Source: Christensenellaceae bacterium (GTDB taxonomy: Bacteria; Bacillota; Clostridia; Christensenellales; CAG-138). Taken from it: a stretch of 64,000 bases of DNA. Below are positions 49,689 through 64,000 of the stretch, piece after piece. The notes under the pieces are model-generated. The model did no database searches. It was not told the origin of the DNA and saw only the letters and a program-made list of their open reading frames with translations. The stretch spans positions 1,370,591-1,434,590 of the forward strand of contig OY762962.1 of the NCBI GenBank assembly GCA_963667195.1, in the 5' to 3' direction. Both the position numbers and the translations under genes were made by a program. How positions within the stretch are numbered: the first letter of the stretch is position 1; the number at the start of each line of letters is the position of its first letter.

Positions 49689-50126
49689 ATGGAACAGAGA
49701 GTGAAAACAACGACACAAACGCTCCCGAGTGGGCGAATACTGACGATAACGCTGGATCGCTATGAGGCGGCGGCTGCCCGCGCACGCGGAGAGATCGCGG
49801 TCTATGACGACCGCTTCACCGAGAATCCTTCGTTTCGCATCTTCGACTCCTACCGCATCCGCAAAAACCGCGACAAGCGGGAGATCCTCCGCGCGATGAT
49901 CGCCTACAACGCGGCGAATCCAAGCGATCCCGCCTGGATGCGCACGGAAGACAATCTTGTGTTGGAGTGGATGGAGCATAACTTCGCCTACCGCGTTGGA
50001 TTTTTGCGCAGCAGGGCGGCAAGCGTGGACCTCGACAACCACGCGGAGGGCAAGGGCGCGCTAGGGTATTTTATGAAGAGCGCGTGGGAAGTGATTTTGG
50101 GGTATCTCAGACCGAGGAAAAATTAA
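49689..50126 (+). CDS. hypothetical protein
   Basis: 145 aa from the first ATG in the GC-normal part of the ORF. There is no clear SD and I recognise no motif. Confidence 0.4.
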   Translation: MEQRVKTTTQTLPSGRILTITLDRYEAAAARARGEIAVYDDRFTENPSFRIFDSYRIRKNRDKREILRAMIAYNAANPSDPAWMRTEDNLVLEWMEHNFAYRVGFLRSRAASVDLDNHAEGKGALGYFMKSAWEVILGYLRPRKN

Positions 50127-50281
50127 TGCGGCAGGGATTTTTTTGACGGCGAAGCCGTCTTTTTTATTTGCGATAAAGTTGTTGAAACTTTATTTTAAAT
50201 AGGCCTTGATTCTAATTTTTAATGCCTTTACGCTTTGTTGCAAGGATATCCTTGCAAGTAAAGAAAAGGAGAAACCGACAA

Positions 50282-51256
50282 ATGAATCAAGACAACACAA
50301 GGATGTTGGACGACGCGGTTCGCCGTTTCGACGACAACATCACTGGCATACTAATACAAAAAGACGGCGAAATCAGATATGAGAACTATTTCCACGGCTA
50401 CTCCGCGGAACACGCCGCGCACGTTTACTCGGTGACCAAGAGCGTCTTTTCCGCGCTGATCGGAATCGCGATCGGGAAAGGCATGATCAGGAGCATCGAT
50501 CAGAAGGTGCTGGACTTCTTCCCGGATTACGAGGTTCTGCCGAACGAAACGGGCATTCACCACGTGACCATCCGGCACCTATTGACCATGACCGCACCAT
50601 ATAAGTATGAAACCGAGCCGTATATGCAGTTTTTCACGAGCCCGAATCCGGTTCGCGCCGCGCTCGACCTCTTGGGTGGGGACAAGCCGATCGGAACCTT
50701 TCACTACTCCGCGATCGGCGGCACGCACATCCTCTCCGGTATACTGACCCGCGCGGCGGGGCAAAGCGCGCTCGCTTTTGCGCAGGAGCAATTGTTTGCG
50801 CCGCTGGAGATTCAGGTTCCAACTAGCATCGTGATCCGAAGCGAGGCGGAGCATTCGGCGATCATGAGCGATCCGAACACACGCGGCTGGGTCACCGACC
50901 CGCAGGGGAACAACTTCGCGAGCTGGGGACTGTTCCTGACCCCGCGCGAGATGGCGAAGATCGGACAACTCTACCTTGATGGCGGCGCTTGGGAAGGGAG
51001 GCAGATCGTGCCCGCACAATGGATCGTCGAGAGCACGCGCGAGCAAAGCCGCGCGGTTGAGTATGGCAACATTGCGTATGGCTATCTTTGGTGGGTTATG
51101 GATTCCGATTGTTTTGCGGCGCTGGGCGACGGCGGCAACACGATCTACGTAAACCGCAAAGAGCGGATCGTGGTCTGCGTGGAAGCCTTTCTCAAACCGG
51201 AGGTGAAAGACCGGATCGGTTGGATCAAGACTGAGATAGAGCCGCTGCTGATTTAA
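50282..51256 (+). CDS. serine hydrolase (beta-lactamase/PBP4*-like family)
   Basis: AAAAGGAGA SD. S-x-x-K motif in VYSVTKSVFSALIG. Typical ..YGYLWW.. near the C-terminus. Confidence 0.82.
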   Translation: MNQDNTRMLDDAVRRFDDNITGILIQKDGEIRYENYFHGYSAEHAAHVYSVTKSVFSALIGIAIGKGMIRSIDQKVLDFFPDYEVLPNETGIHHVTIRHLLTMTAPYKYETEPYMQFFTSPNPVRAALDLLGGDKPIGTFHYSAIGGTHILSGILTRAAGQSALAFAQEQLFAPLEIQVPTSIVIRSEAEHSAIMSDPNTRGWVTDPQGNNFASWGLFLTPREMAKIGQLYLDGGAWEGRQIVPAQWIVESTREQSRAVEYGNIAYGYLWWVMDSDCFAALGDGGNTIYVNRKERIVVCVEAFLKPEVKDRIGWIKTEIEPLLI

Positions 51257-51278
51257 ACAGAAGACGCGAACAAACAAA

Positions 51279-51307
51279 AGAGCGAGAGGAATTTCCCTCT
51301 CGCTCTT
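51279..51307. terminator. hairpin between convergent genes (probable bidirectional terminator)
   Basis: AGAGCGAGAGG-AATTT-CCCTCTCGCTCT. The flanking U-tracts are weak. Confidence 0.5.
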
Positions 51308-51318
51308 AATCGTTTCGT

Positions 51319-51876
51319 TTACATTCCCAGCGCTTCGTGTACGTCCCGCATGCCGAGGATGCTTTTCTGGATGACGTCCTCCAGCGGGAGACCCAGTAGC
51401 TCGCAGCCGCCGAGGATGACGTCGCGGTTCACGCCCGCGGCAAAGCCTTTGTCCTTGAACTTTTTCTTCACGCTGGAGACTTCCATGTCCATCACGCTTT
51501 TGCTGGGGCGCATGTAAGCCGCCGCCGTGATGAGCCCCGTGAGCTCGTCGATGGTATACAGCACGGTCTCCATCCGCTTCTCCGGTTTGACATCGACGCA
51601 GAGACCCCAGCCGTGCGCAAGGATCGCGTGGATGAACGCTTCATCGTAGCCCGCTTCGGCAAGCAGGCGGGGCGCAACCTTGAGGTGCTCCTCCGGCCAC
51701 TGCTCGTAGTCCACATCGTGCAGTAAGCCCACGATGCCCCAGTAGTTCTCGTCCTCGCCCGCCTCGCGTGCGAAATAGCACATCACGCCCTCTACCGCAA
51801 ACGCGTGCTTGAGCAGCGCTTCGCTTTTTGTATAAGCTTTCAGCGTAGCGAGCGCATGTTCCCGTGTCGTATCCAT
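51319..51876 (-). CDS. HD/HDIG-domain metal-dependent phosphohydrolase
   Basis: ..LKHAFAVEGVM..GLLHDVDYE..HAILAHG.. gives the H..HD..H pattern. The start is taken at MDTTREHAL. Confidence 0.82.
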   Translation of the reverse strand: MDTTREHALATLKAYTKSEALLKHAFAVEGVMCYFAREAGEDENYWGIVGLLHDVDYEQWPEEHLKVAPRLLAEAGYDEAFIHAILAHGWGLCVDVKPEKRMETVLYTIDELTGLITAAAYMRPSKSVMDMEVSSVKKKFKDKGFAAGVNRDVILGGCELLGLPLEDVIQKSILGMRDVHEALGM

Positions 51877-52043
51877 ATCTGCTTCGCCTTTCTGTTTTGG
51901 TTCTTTACGCTTTTCCGTCGTATCGCGCATTTGTTACGGCGTCATTTGTATGCCGCCTGGACGAACAAATGCAATCACGCGGACATTTCTCAATATCATA
52001 TAATAAAATTATAAAAAAGGGCAATATATTTTAGAATCTTTTC

Positions 52044-52072
52044 TTGACAGAGTATAAATAGGATGATATCAT
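52044..52072 (+). promoter_or_regulatory. candidate promoter of rpoB-rpoC
   Basis: TTGACA, 17-nt spacer, extended -10 TGaTATCAT. It sits about 190 nt upstream of the start. Confidence 0.5.
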
Positions 52073-52263
52073 TCATGATTGACTTATGATCTCATAAATG
52101 TCGAAATATGCCCAAAATCGCTTTTTTCAGCGTGTTTTTCGCGGGAAAACAGCACGATGGGCCATTTTTGACCAACTGATGCGGTGTAGGTTTTTGCAAA
52201 GGGTTTTTGCCAGAAAAAATGCGAAGGTACGGCCTGCAACCGTGCCGGCAAGGGGAGTACGCG

Positions 52264-55200
52264 ATGATGCATGACGTTCAAATGGGCAGACAGACGCGAA
52301 AGAGCTTTTCCAGAATTCGGGAAGTGCTCGATATGCCAGATTTGATTGAGATCCAAAAGAATTCGTACTATCGTTTTTTGAAGGAGGACCTGAAAGAGGT
52401 TTTTGACGATATTTCCCCAATCACCGATTATTCCGGCAAGCTGGTGTTAGAGTTTGTCGATTACCGTATTGACCTAGACTCACCGAAATATTCCATGGAA
52501 GAAAGCAAGGAGCGCGACGTAAACTACGCGGCTCCGCTTCGCGTTACCGTTCGCTTAATCAATAAGGAGACGGGCGAAGTCAAGCAGCAGGAAGTATTCA
52601 TGGGCGACTTCCCGCTGATGACGCCGCAGGGCACGTTTATCATCAACGGCGCCGAGCGCGTCATCGTCTCCCAGCTCGTCCGCTCGCCGGGCGTGTATTT
52701 CTCCGAGAGCTTCGACAAGGTCGGCAAGCAGCTCTTCTCCGCGCAGGTGATTCCGAATCGCGGCGCGTGGCTGGAGTATGAAACCGACTCTAACGGCGTA
52801 CTCTACGTCAAGATCGACCGTCAGCGCAAGGTGCACATCACGGCGCTGGTTCGCGCGCTGGGCTACGGCTCCAACCCGCAGATTCTCGATCTGTTCGGCG
52901 ACGACGAGCGCCTTTCCGCAACGCTTCAGAAAGACCCCACGCACTCCGAGGCGGAAGGTCTCATCGAAATCTACAAGCGTCAGCGCCCCGGTGAGCCGCC
53001 GACGGAAGAGAGCGCTCGCTCGCTTCTGAATTCGCTGTTCTTCGACAAGCGCTATGATTTGGCGCGCGTCGGGCGCTATAAATTCAACAAAAAGCTCGCC
53101 ATCCGCGCGCGGATTCGCAACCACGTCGCGGCGGATACGATCGTGCACCCCGTGACCGGCGAAATCCTCGCCGAGGCGGGGCAGACCATCGACCGCTTTG
53201 TCGCGGGAGACATCCAGAACGCGGGCATCAACGAAGTCTGGCTGCAGGTTGGCGAGAACCGCGTGAAGGTCATCGGCAACAACTTCGTGCGCGCCAACGA
53301 GTGGCTGGAGTTTGATCCTGCGGAAGCTGGCATCAACGAGGACGTCCACCTGCCGACCCTTAAGACCGCGCTCAAGGACGGCGAAGGCATGACCAAGGAA
53401 GAGCTCAAGGCGCTGCTCAAGGCGCGCTATTATGACCTCATTCCGCGGCACATCATTCCCGACGACATGATCTCCTCGATCTCGTACCTCATCGGCATGC
53501 CCTACAGCATCGGCCGCACGGACGACATCGACCACCTTGGCAACCGCCGCATCCGCAGTGTTGGCGAGCTTCTGCAAAACCAGATCCGCGTCGGCCTTAC
53601 CCGCCTCGAGCGCGTTGTGCGCGAGCGCATGGGCCTGCAGGATATGGATGTCGCGATGCCCTCTAACCTCATCAACATCCGCCCGGTCACCGCGGCGATC
53701 AAGGAGTTCTTCGGCTCTTCGCAGCTGAGCCAGTTCATGGATCAGACGAACCCGCTGGCGGAACTCACGCATAAGCGCCGTCTTTCGGCACTCGGCCCTG
53801 GCGGCCTCAACCGCGAGCGCGCAACGTTCGATGTTCGCGACGTTCACTTCTCGCATTACGGACGTATGTGCCCGATCGAGACGCCTGAAGGTCCGAACAT
53901 CGGACTGATCAACTCGCTCTCGACCTATGCGCGCATCAACGAGTACGGCTTCATCGAAGCACCATACCGCCGCGTGGACAGCAAGAAGCATGTCATCACG
54001 GACGAGATCGAATACCTCACCGCGGATGAAGAGGATAACTTCATCGTGGCGCAGGCCAACGAGCCGATCAACGAGGACTTGCACTGGTTTAAGAAGGACC
54101 GCGTCATCGCGCGCCTCCTCGACCAGATCATCGAAGTCAAGGCCACGGAAGTGGACTACATGGACGTTTCCCCGAAGCAGCTGGTCTCGGTTGCGACGGC
54201 GATGATCCCCTTCCTCGAAAACGACGACGCAAACCGCGCGCTGATGGGCTCGAACATGCAGCGTCAGGCGGTTCCGCTTCTCATTCCCGAATCTCCGATC
54301 GTGGCGACGGGTATGGAATACAAAGCGGCGCACGACTCCGGCATCGTGCTCATTGCGCAGGAGGACGGCGTGGTTTCCAAGCTCTCCGCCAAGGCGATCG
54401 TGATTACGGACAAGATCGGCGTGGAGCACGTGTATAAACTCACGAAGTTCCAGCGCAGCAACCAGGGCACCTGCCTAAACCAGCGCCCGATCGTCAGAAA
54501 AGGCGACATCGTCGTCAAAGGCGATGTAATCGCGGACGGCGCCTCGACCGAAAACGGCGAGATCGCGCTCGGCAGAAACATCCTCATCGGATTCATGACC
54601 TGGGAAGGTTACAACTACGAGGACGCGGTTCTCATCAGTGAAAAGCTGGTCAAGGACGACGTCTTTACCTCCATCCACATCGAGGAGCACGAGGTAGAGG
54701 CCCGCGACACGAAACTCGGGCCCGAAGAGATCACCCGCGACATCCCGAACATCGGTGAAGACGCTCTGGCGCAGCTCGACGAGAGCGGCATCATCCGTCC
54801 CGGTGCGGAAGTCCGCAGCGGCGACATCCTCGTCGGCAAGGTTACCCCGAAGGGCGAGACCGAGCTGACGGCAGAAGAGAGATTGCTGCGCGCCATCTTC
54901 GGCGAAAAAGCGCGCGATGTACGCGATACTTCCCTGCGCGTTCCGCACGGCGAAGGCGGCATCGTGGTCGATGTCAAGATCTTCACCCGCGAGCATAAAG
55001 ACGAGCTCAGCCCCGGCGTCAACCAGATGGTTCGCGTCTACATCGCCCAGAAGCGCAAGATCAGCGTCGGCGACAAGATGGCGGGACGTCACGGCAACAA
55101 GGGTGTTATCTCGCGCATCCTGCCGGAAGAGGATATGCCCTTCCTGCCGGACGGCACGCCGCTGCAGATCGTGCTCAACCCCCTCGGCGTTCCCTCGCGT

Positions 55201-56028
55201 ATGAACATCGGTCAGGTTCTGGAGCTGCACCTTGGCGCCGCGTGCAAAAACCTCGGCATCAAGATCGCGACCCCTGTCTTCGACGGCGCAACCGAAACCG
55301 ACATCAAAGACCTGCTCGTCAGCGCCGGACTCAACTCCGACGGCAAGACGACGCTCTACGACGGACGCAGCGGCGAACCCTTTGAAAACCGCGTCTCCGT
55401 CGGCTATATGTATTACCTCAAGCTCGCCCACCTTGTGGACGACAAGATCCACGCCCGCTCGACCGGCCCATACTCGCTGGTCACCCAGCAACCTCTGGGC
55501 GGCAAAGCGCAGTTCGGCGGCCAGCGCTTCGGCGAAATGGAAGTCTGGGCACTGGAAGCGTACGGCGCGGCCTACACCCTGCAGGAGATCCTCACGGTCA
55601 AGTCGGATGACGTGGTCGGCCGCGTGAAGACCTACGAAGCGATCGTCAAGGGCGACAACGTGCCGCCGGCGGGTGTTCCGGAGTCGTTTAAGGTGCTCAT
55701 CAAGGAGCTCCAGTCCCTCGCACTCGACATCAAGGTGCTGTCCGACACGCGCGACGAGATCTTCATCAACGAGGACGACGACGACGACGCAGTGCCGATC
55801 GACGTCAACCTCGCAGGTCTGGAAGACACGCCTGCCTTCACGCCGATCGACGATGAAGAGGACGATCTGGAGGACTTCGACGAATTCGAAGACTTCGAGG
55901 ATTCCGAAGAGGAACCCGCGGTGACCGATGAGGCCGATTCCGCGGACGAAGGCCTCGACGGATTGGACGAAGATCTTGCCGAGCTTTCGGACACGCTGGA
56001 TCTCGACATCGACAAGGACATCGAATAA
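52264..56028 (+). CDS. rpoB: DNA-directed RNA polymerase subunit beta
   Basis: GGGGAG SD 6 nt before the ATG at 52264. Conserved blocks include ..LIEIQKNSY.., ..[16 protein letters not shown].., ..[10 protein letters not shown].. and ..[38 protein letters not shown].. Confidence 0.97.
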   Translation: MMHDVQMGRQTRKSFSRIREVLDMPDLIEIQKNSYYRFLKEDLKEVFDDISPITDYSGKLVLEFVDYRIDLDSPKYSMEESKERDVNYAAPLRVTVRLINKETGEVKQQEVFMGDFPLMTPQGTFIINGAERVIVSQLVRSPGVYFSESFDKVGKQLFSAQVIPNRGAWLEYETDSNGVLYVKIDRQRKVHITALVRALGYGSNPQILDLFGDDERLSATLQKDPTHSEAEGLIEIYKRQRPGEPPTEESARSLLNSLFFDKRYDLARVGRYKFNKKLAIRARIRNHVAADTIVHPVTGEILAEAGQTIDRFVAGDIQNAGINEVWLQVGENRVKVIGNNFVRANEWLEFDPAEAGINEDVHLPTLKTALKDGEGMTKEELKALLKARYYDLIPRHIIPDDMISSISYLIGMPYSIGRTDDIDHLGNRRIRSVGELLQNQIRVGLTRLERVVRERMGLQDMDVAMPSNLINIRPVTAAIKEFFGSSQLSQFMDQTNPLAELTHKRRLSALGPGGLNRERATFDVRDVHFSHYGRMCPIETPEGPNIGLINSLSTYARINEYGFIEAPYRRVDSKKHVITDEIEYLTADEEDNFIVAQANEPINEDLHWFKKDRVIARLLDQIIEVKATEVDYMDVSPKQLVSVATAMIPFLENDDANRALMGSNMQRQAVPLLIPESPIVATGMEYKAAHDSGIVLIAQEDGVVSKLSAKAIVITDKIGVEHVYKLTKFQRSNQGTCLNQRPIVRKGDIVVKGDVIADGASTENGEIALGRNILIGFMTWEGYNYEDAVLISEKLVKDDVFTSIHIEEHEVEARDTKLGPEEITRDIPNIGEDALAQLDESGIIRPGAEVRSGDILVGKVTPKGETELTAEERLLRAIFGEKARDVRDTSLRVPHGEGGIVVDVKIFTREHKDELSPGVNQMVRVYIAQKRKISVGDKMAGRHGNKGVISRILPEEDMPFLPDGTPLQIVLNPLGVPSRMNIGQVLELHLGAACKNLGIKIATPVFDGATETDIKDLLVSAGLNSDGKTTLYDGRSGEPFENRVSVGYMYYLKLAHLVDDKIHARSTGPYSLVTQQPLGGKAQFGGQRFGEMEVWALEAYGAAYTLQEILTVKSDDVVGRVKTYEAIVKGDNVPPAGVPESFKVLIKELQSLALDIKVLSDTRDEIFINEDDDDDAVPIDVNLAGLEDTPAFTPIDDEEDDLEDFDEFEDFEDSEEEPAVTDEADSADEGLDGLDEDLAELSDTLDLDIDKDIE

Positions 56029-56051
56029 GCGGCAGCAAGGAGAGATAGACT

Positions 56052-59000
56052 GTGTTTGAATTGACGAATTTTGATGCGTTGCAAATCGGGCTTGCGTCGC
56101 CCGAAAAGATACTCGAATGGTCGCACGGCGAGGTCAAGAAACCCGAGACGATCAACTACCGCACGCTCAAGCCGGAAAAAGACGGACTCTTCTGCGAGCG
56201 AATCTTTGGACCGACGAAGGACTGGGAGTGCCATTGCGGCAGATACAAACGCGGCCGCTATAAAGGCATCGTCTGCGAAAAGTGCGGCGTGGAAGTCACC
56301 CGCGCAAAGGTGCGCCGCGAGCGCATGGGCCACATCGAGCTTGCGGTTCCGGTCAGCCACATCTGGTACTTCAAGGGCATTCCGTGCCGCATGAAGATGC
56401 TGCTGGACATGAGCCCGCGCTCGCTGGAGCAGGTGCTCTATTTCGGCGCGTATGTGGTCATCGATCCCGGCACCACGGCGCTGACCTACAAGCAGATTCT
56501 CACCGATAAAGAATACCGCGAGGCGCAGGAGCAGTATGGTTCCAAGGCGTTTCGCGCGGGCATGGGCGCGGAAGCAATCCGCGAACTGCTCACCCAGCTC
56601 GACCTGCCGAAGCTCGAAAAAGAGCTCCGTGCGGAGATCGACAACGCCTCCGGCCAGAAGCGCGCAAACGCAATCAAGCGCCTCGAGGTCGTGGAAGCGT
56701 TCATCACCAGCGGCAACAAGCCGGAGTGGATCATCCTCACGGTGATTCCGGTCATTCCGCCGGAAATCCGCCCGATGGTGCAGCTCGACGGCGGCCGCTT
56801 TGCAACAAGCGACCTCAACGACCTCTACCGCCGCGTGATCAACCGCAACAACCGCCTCAAGCGCCTTCTGGAGCTCCGCGCGCCGGACATCATCGTCCGC
56901 AACGAAAAGCGCATGCTGCAGGAAGCGGTGGACTCGCTCATCGACAACGGCCGCAGAACCCGCCCCGTCACAGGCCCGGGCAACCGCCCGCTCAAGTCCC
57001 TTTCGGACATGCTGCGCGGCAAACAGGGCCGTTTCCGCCAGAACCTCTTGGGTAAGCGCGTTGACTATTCCGGCCGTAGCGTTATCGTCGTCGGCCCGGA
57101 TCTTCAGATGTATCAGTGCGGTCTGCCCAAGGAGATGGCGCTGGAGCTGTTCAAGCCGTTTGTGATGAAGAAGCTCGTCAAGGGCGGCTTCGCGCAGAAC
57201 GTCAAGGGTGCAAAGCGCATGGTGGAGCGCGTCGATCAGGCCGTTTGGGGCGTGCTCGAGGAGGTCATCAAGGATCATCCGGTGCTCTTAAACCGCGCAC
57301 CTACGCTGCATAGACTCGGTATTCAGGCGTTTGAGCCGATCCTCGTCGAGGGTCGCGCGCTCAAGCTCCACCCGCTGGTCTGCACCGCGTACAACGCGGA
57401 CTTCGACGGAGACCAGATGGCCGTTCACGTGCCGCTCTCGGTTGAGGCGCAGGCGGAAGCCCGCTTCCTCATGCTCGCGAGCAACAACATTCTAAAACCG
57501 CAGGATGGCCGTCCGGTCGTGTCTCCCACGCAGGATATGGTCATCGGCTGCTACTATCTGACCATGGTTCGCCCCGGTGCAAAGGGCGAGGGCAAGATTT
57601 TCCACTCGGAGAACGAAGCCATCATGGCCTACCAGACCGGCGAGATCGCGCTGCAGGCACGGGTGAAAATCCGCCTCGAGCGCGAATGGAACGGCGAGAA
57701 GCGCAGGAAGGTCGTGGACACCACGGTCGGCCGCGTGATCTTCAACAACGCCATTCCGCAGGACCTCGGCGGCGTCGATCGCACGAAGGAAGAGAACCTC
57801 TTCACGCTCGAGATCGACAAACTGGTCGCTAAGAAGGACCTCGGTAACATCGTGGACAGCTGCTACCGCAAGTACGGCCCCACGACGACGTCGCAGGTGC
57901 TCGACCGCATCAAGAAACTCGGCTTTACCTATTCCACGCGCGGCGGCATCACCGTCGGCTTCCAGGATATTCAGGTTCCCGCCGAGAAGAAGGATATGAT
58001 TGCCGAAGCGGAAGTCAAGATCGTCGAGATTGACGAGCTCTTCCGCATGGGTATGCTCTCCAACGCAGAGCGCAGAGAACGCGTCATCAAGGTTTGGGAA
58101 GTGACCACCGACCTCGTCGCCAAGAAGCTGATGAGCTCTCTGGACGAGTTCAACCCGATCTACATGATGGCAAACTCCGGCGCGCGCGGCAGCACGGCAC
58201 AGATCCGTCAGCTCGCCGGTATGCGCGGACTCATGGCCGACCCGAGTGGTCAGATCATCGAGGTTCCGATTCGCGCGAACTTCCGTGAAGGCCTCTCCGT
58301 TTTGGAGTTCTTCATCTCCTCCCACGGCGCGCGCAAAGGCTTGGCCGATACCGCGCTTCGTACGGCGGACTCCGGTTACCTCACCCGTCGTCTGGTCGAC
58401 GTTTCTCAGGACGTCATCGTGCGCGAGGAAGACTGCTTTGCCACCCGTGGCGAAGCGCCCAAGGGCATGGTGCTTACCGAGATCAAGGACGGCAACAAGC
58501 TCATCGAGCCGCTGCGTTCGCGCGTGATCGGCCGCTATGCGGTCGACGCGATCAAGCACCCCGAGACCGGCGAAGTCATCGTCGAGGCGGGTACGCTGAT
58601 CTCCTACGAACAGGCGGAAGCCATCGAGAAGGCCGGCATCAAGAGCGTACATTGCCGCTCGGTCTTCACCTGCCGTGCAGAGCGCGGTGTCTGCGCCAAG
58701 TGCTACGGCGCGAACCTTGCCACCGGCACCCCGGTCAACATCGGCGAAGCGGTCGGCATCATCGCGGCACAGGCCATCGGCGAACCCGGCACGCAGCTGA
58801 CGATGCGTACATTCCACACCGGCGGCGTCGCCAGCGCGGACGATATTACGCAAGGTCTCCCGCGCGTTGAGGAGCTCTTTGAGGCGCGTAAGCCGAAGGG
58901 CCTCGCCGTCATCAGCGAGATCAACGGCGTGGTGCACATCGACGACAGCAAGAAGCGCCGCGAGGCGATTGTCACAAACGACGATGGCGAAGCGGAAAGC

Positions 59001-59567
59001 TACCTCATCCCGTTCGGCAGCAAGCTCAAGGTTGCGGACGGCAGCGTGGTTGAGGCGGGCGACGAGCTCACCGAAGGCAGCGTGAACCCGCACGACATCC
59101 TCAAGATCAAGGGAGTCAAGGGCGTTCAGGCTTACCTCTTAAAGGAAGTCCAGAGCGTTTACCGCTTACAGGGCGTTGAGATTTCGGACAAACACATCGA
59201 AGTCATCATCCGCCAGATGCTGCGTAAGGTTCAGATCGAGGAGAACGGCGACACTGCAATGCTGCCGGGCGAACTCATCGACATCTTCCGCTTCGAAGAG
59301 GAGAACGAGCGCGTTCTGCAGGCGGAAGGCAAACCGGCCATCGCAAAGCGCAAGCTGCTGGGTATCACCAAGGCATCGCTCGCGACGGATTCCTTCCTCT
59401 CCGCGGCATCGTTCCAGGAGACCACCCGCGTGCTGACCGAAGCCGCCATCAAGGGCAAGATCGATCCGCTCGTCGGCCTCAAGGAAAACGTCATCATCGG
59501 CAAGCTGATTCCGGCCGGCATTGGCCTGCGCCGCTATCGCAACGTTGTTGTGACGGAGAACAAGTAA
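56052..59567 (+). CDS. rpoC: DNA-directed RNA polymerase subunit beta'
   Basis: GTG start with an AAGGAGAG SD. Zn finger [15 protein letters not shown]. Catalytic motif [14 protein letters not shown]. Confidence 0.97.
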   Translation: MFELTNFDALQIGLASPEKILEWSHGEVKKPETINYRTLKPEKDGLFCERIFGPTKDWECHCGRYKRGRYKGIVCEKCGVEVTRAKVRRERMGHIELAVPVSHIWYFKGIPCRMKMLLDMSPRSLEQVLYFGAYVVIDPGTTALTYKQILTDKEYREAQEQYGSKAFRAGMGAEAIRELLTQLDLPKLEKELRAEIDNASGQKRANAIKRLEVVEAFITSGNKPEWIILTVIPVIPPEIRPMVQLDGGRFATSDLNDLYRRVINRNNRLKRLLELRAPDIIVRNEKRMLQEAVDSLIDNGRRTRPVTGPGNRPLKSLSDMLRGKQGRFRQNLLGKRVDYSGRSVIVVGPDLQMYQCGLPKEMALELFKPFVMKKLVKGGFAQNVKGAKRMVERVDQAVWGVLEEVIKDHPVLLNRAPTLHRLGIQAFEPILVEGRALKLHPLVCTAYNADFDGDQMAVHVPLSVEAQAEARFLMLASNNILKPQDGRPVVSPTQDMVIGCYYLTMVRPGAKGEGKIFHSENEAIMAYQTGEIALQARVKIRLEREWNGEKRRKVVDTTVGRVIFNNAIPQDLGGVDRTKEENLFTLEIDKLVAKKDLGNIVDSCYRKYGPTTTSQVLDRIKKLGFTYSTRGGITVGFQDIQVPAEKKDMIAEAEVKIVEIDELFRMGMLSNAERRERVIKVWEVTTDLVAKKLMSSLDEFNPIYMMANSGARGSTAQIRQLAGMRGLMADPSGQIIEVPIRANFREGLSVLEFFISSHGARKGLADTALRTADSGYLTRRLVDVSQDVIVREEDCFATRGEAPKGMVLTEIKDGNKLIEPLRSRVIGRYAVDAIKHPETGEVIVEAGTLISYEQAEAIEKAGIKSVHCRSVFTCRAERGVCAKCYGANLATGTPVNIGEAVGIIAAQAIGEPGTQLTMRTFHTGGVASADDITQGLPRVEELFEARKPKGLAVISEINGVVHIDDSKKRREAIVTNDDGEAESYLIPFGSKLKVADGSVVEAGDELTEGSVNPHDILKIKGVKGVQAYLLKEVQSVYRLQGVEISDKHIEVIIRQMLRKVQIEENGDTAMLPGELIDIFRFEEENERVLQAEGKPAIAKRKLLGITKASLATDSFLSAASFQETTRVLTEAAIKGKIDPLVGLKENVIIGKLIPAGIGLRRYRNVVVTENK

Positions 59568-59670
59568 ACACACGCGGCAGCCGCCGCTCACACGCATGAA
59601 TCAAACCGCCGCGCCGGTGACACCCGGCGCGACGGTTTGCCATCCTGACCGAGGCTTGAAAGGAGCAGAC

Positions 59671-60399
59671 ATGGAAAAACTGCCAGTCAACCCGAACTGC
59701 GAGCTTTCCGGTACAAAATACTGCGCCATGCTGAATATGCACACCTGCGCGGCGTGCACCGTTCGGGATGCGGAGAACAAAGCCGAGATCATCAGCGATC
59801 TCGACCTATACGAAACACTTTTGCCGCAGGGCGGCATTGCGCGGTTGTTTGAATCGCGCGAGTGCCAGTTTTGCACCACGCCCGAAAAGGGCAAGCGGCG
59901 CGGCTATGCCATCCTCGACATGGCGCACCCCGAACCGCGCAGAGTGCAAAAGTGGCTCTTTGGTAAGCGCATGTCGCGCATCGGCACCATGGTTCCCGTG
60001 CAGATAAGTGTTTGCCCGAAGTGCCGCAGGCGCTTTCTCGCGCTGGAATATATGACGATGGCCATTCCCGTGATCATCGGCATTCTGGCGCTGATCGTGC
60101 TCTCCATGGACTCCGTGCGCAATCCACTCGTGGATCTTTCGATGTTTGCGCCGTTTGGCGCCTGGATCGTCTGCGTACTGATCGGGGCAATCGCGGGCAA
60201 GCTCGTCACCGACGGGCTCCAGCGCGCCTGGTCAAAAGAAATGGTGACCGATGTGCTGCGCCATCCCGTCATCGCCGAGATGGTCAACATGGGTTGGACG
60301 CCGATCACCGCAAAAAGCCGCACGAAACTTCTCTTTAGCAAGAGCAGACTCGCAAAAGGCCTCGGCACCGCGGACAGCGAACTGCCGAAAGAGGAGTGA
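59671..60399 (+). CDS. hypothetical Cys-rich (zinc-ribbon-like) membrane protein
   Basis: GAAAGGAG SD before the ATG at 59671. Cys clusters are C..C(AMLNMHT)CAAC and CQFC..CPKC. Two TM helices are MTMAIPVIIGILALIVL and FGAWIVCVLIGAIAG. Confidence 0.6.
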   Translation: MEKLPVNPNCELSGTKYCAMLNMHTCAACTVRDAENKAEIISDLDLYETLLPQGGIARLFESRECQFCTTPEKGKRRGYAILDMAHPEPRRVQKWLFGKRMSRIGTMVPVQISVCPKCRRRFLALEYMTMAIPVIIGILALIVLSMDSVRNPLVDLSMFAPFGAWIVCVLIGAIAGKLVTDGLQRAWSKEMVTDVLRHPVIAEMVNMGWTPITAKSRTKLLFSKSRLAKGLGTADSELPKEE

Positions 60400-60463
60400 A
60401 TTGTGCCGCGCGCGCGGACGAAGCACTATATATAGGAAGAGTTTTGCCGGATCAAGAAAGCGT

Positions 60464-60492
60464 TTGACAAGCGCCGCCATACCTGATAAAAT
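60464..60492 (+). promoter_or_regulatory. candidate promoter of the rpsL-rpsG-fusA-tuf (str) operon
   Basis: TTGACA, 17-nt spacer, extended -10 TGaTAAAAT. Confidence 0.55.
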
Positions 60493-60721
60493 ACTGCGTT
60501 GGCGGTTCCTGTTTCTTCGTGACAAGCTGCGAAATATGCTGATTTTGCGGGTTTTACGGAAAACGGATGCGCACTTGATCGGGTTTTGACACAAATCGGG
60601 TACGATATTGCTCGAGTCACTCGAGAAACCATCAGGATACAATGCTTCCTACAGGGGTTGCAGGGAGCGGTAATAGAGATAGATAGAAGATTTTACCGAA
60701 AAGATTTGAAGGAGATTATTC

Positions 60722-61599
<878 letters not shown>

Positions 61600-61800
61600 G
61601 CCAAATCTCCACAACGACGCGGAGAGCGGCTTGAGCACGAAGGAATTGTCCCGGTTCATCCACGCGAGAGCGGTATGATCACGGGAAACAATGAAGGAAT
61701 CAACAGCCACGGGCCTGCGGTTCAGAGCAGTCAATCTGAACCGCAGACCCGCGCAATACTGTAGGGAACAAATATTAACGACGAGTAAAGGGAAACGATT

Positions 61801-63882
<2,082 letters not shown>

Positions 63883-63959
63883 TAACATGCGCCTGCCGCA
63901 TGCGGCAAACGCAAGATAAGCGTTATACAAACGATTGATTTAGAAAAGAGGAGATTTTT

Positions 63960-64000
63960 ATGGCAAAGGCAAAATTCGAACGGAATAAGCCGCACGTAAA
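63960..64000 (+). CDS. tuf: elongation factor Tu, first 13 codons only (runs off the window end)
   Basis: My translation is MAKAKFERNKPHV. GAGGAG SD upstream, and the position after fusA fits. Confidence 0.85.
   Translation, partial: MAKAKFERNKPHV

Noticed and set aside
60586-60625. A second TTGACA box and the CTCGAG-TCA-CTCGAG palindrome in the rpsL leader.
   Set aside because: No acceptable -10 element lies at 16-18 nt spacing. The palindrome consists of two XhoI-type self-complementary hexamers and has no supporting context.

Overview
This window looks like a high-GC Firmicutes (Clostridia-like) chromosomal segment. Hand counts of single 60-nt lines give about 65% G+C in core genes. I found about 47 protein genes and no rRNA, tRNA, CRISPR array, transposase or integrase. 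Core blocks are deoD, asnA, ftsA-ftsZ, rpsF-ssb-rpsR, ileS with a T-box leader, argS-serS, and rpoB-rpoC-(inserted gene)-rpsL-rpsG-fusA-tuf. The accessory content falls into four parts. (1) A 13-kb gene encodes a 4,343-aa secreted, membrane-anchored surface protein. It is built from Listeria-Bacteroides-type repeats and MBG-like (K-Y-D-G) modules, and includes 4.5 near-identical 1,563-bp tandem units. (2) Directly downstream on the same strand lie a transglutaminase-like lipoprotein, a PilC/GspF-like platform protein, four translationally coupled pseudopilin-like proteins with non-canonical leaders, and a PilT-type ATPase. No PilB/GspE-type ATPase, prepilin peptidase or canonical major pilin is visible in the window. 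A SARP/BTAD regulator with a degenerate GGDEF-like tail follows. (3) A small surface-polysaccharide group contains a GT4 glycosyltransferase, a capF-like gene and a degenerate CapA-like protein. A 96-bp tandem repeat of 3.5 copies in this group re-duplicates the capF ribosome-binding site and first ATG. (4) There are two AT-rich islets. One carries a zinc-ribbon plus YbjQ-domain gene pair next to a WYL regulator, and the other carries an SRA-like/HNH putative Type IV restriction nuclease. My best candidate for an undescribed system is part 2, possibly working together with part 1. All calls come from reading the sequence and the ORF translations and from remembered family motifs. No searches were run. 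Hand-indexed motif coordinates may be off by 1-2 nt.
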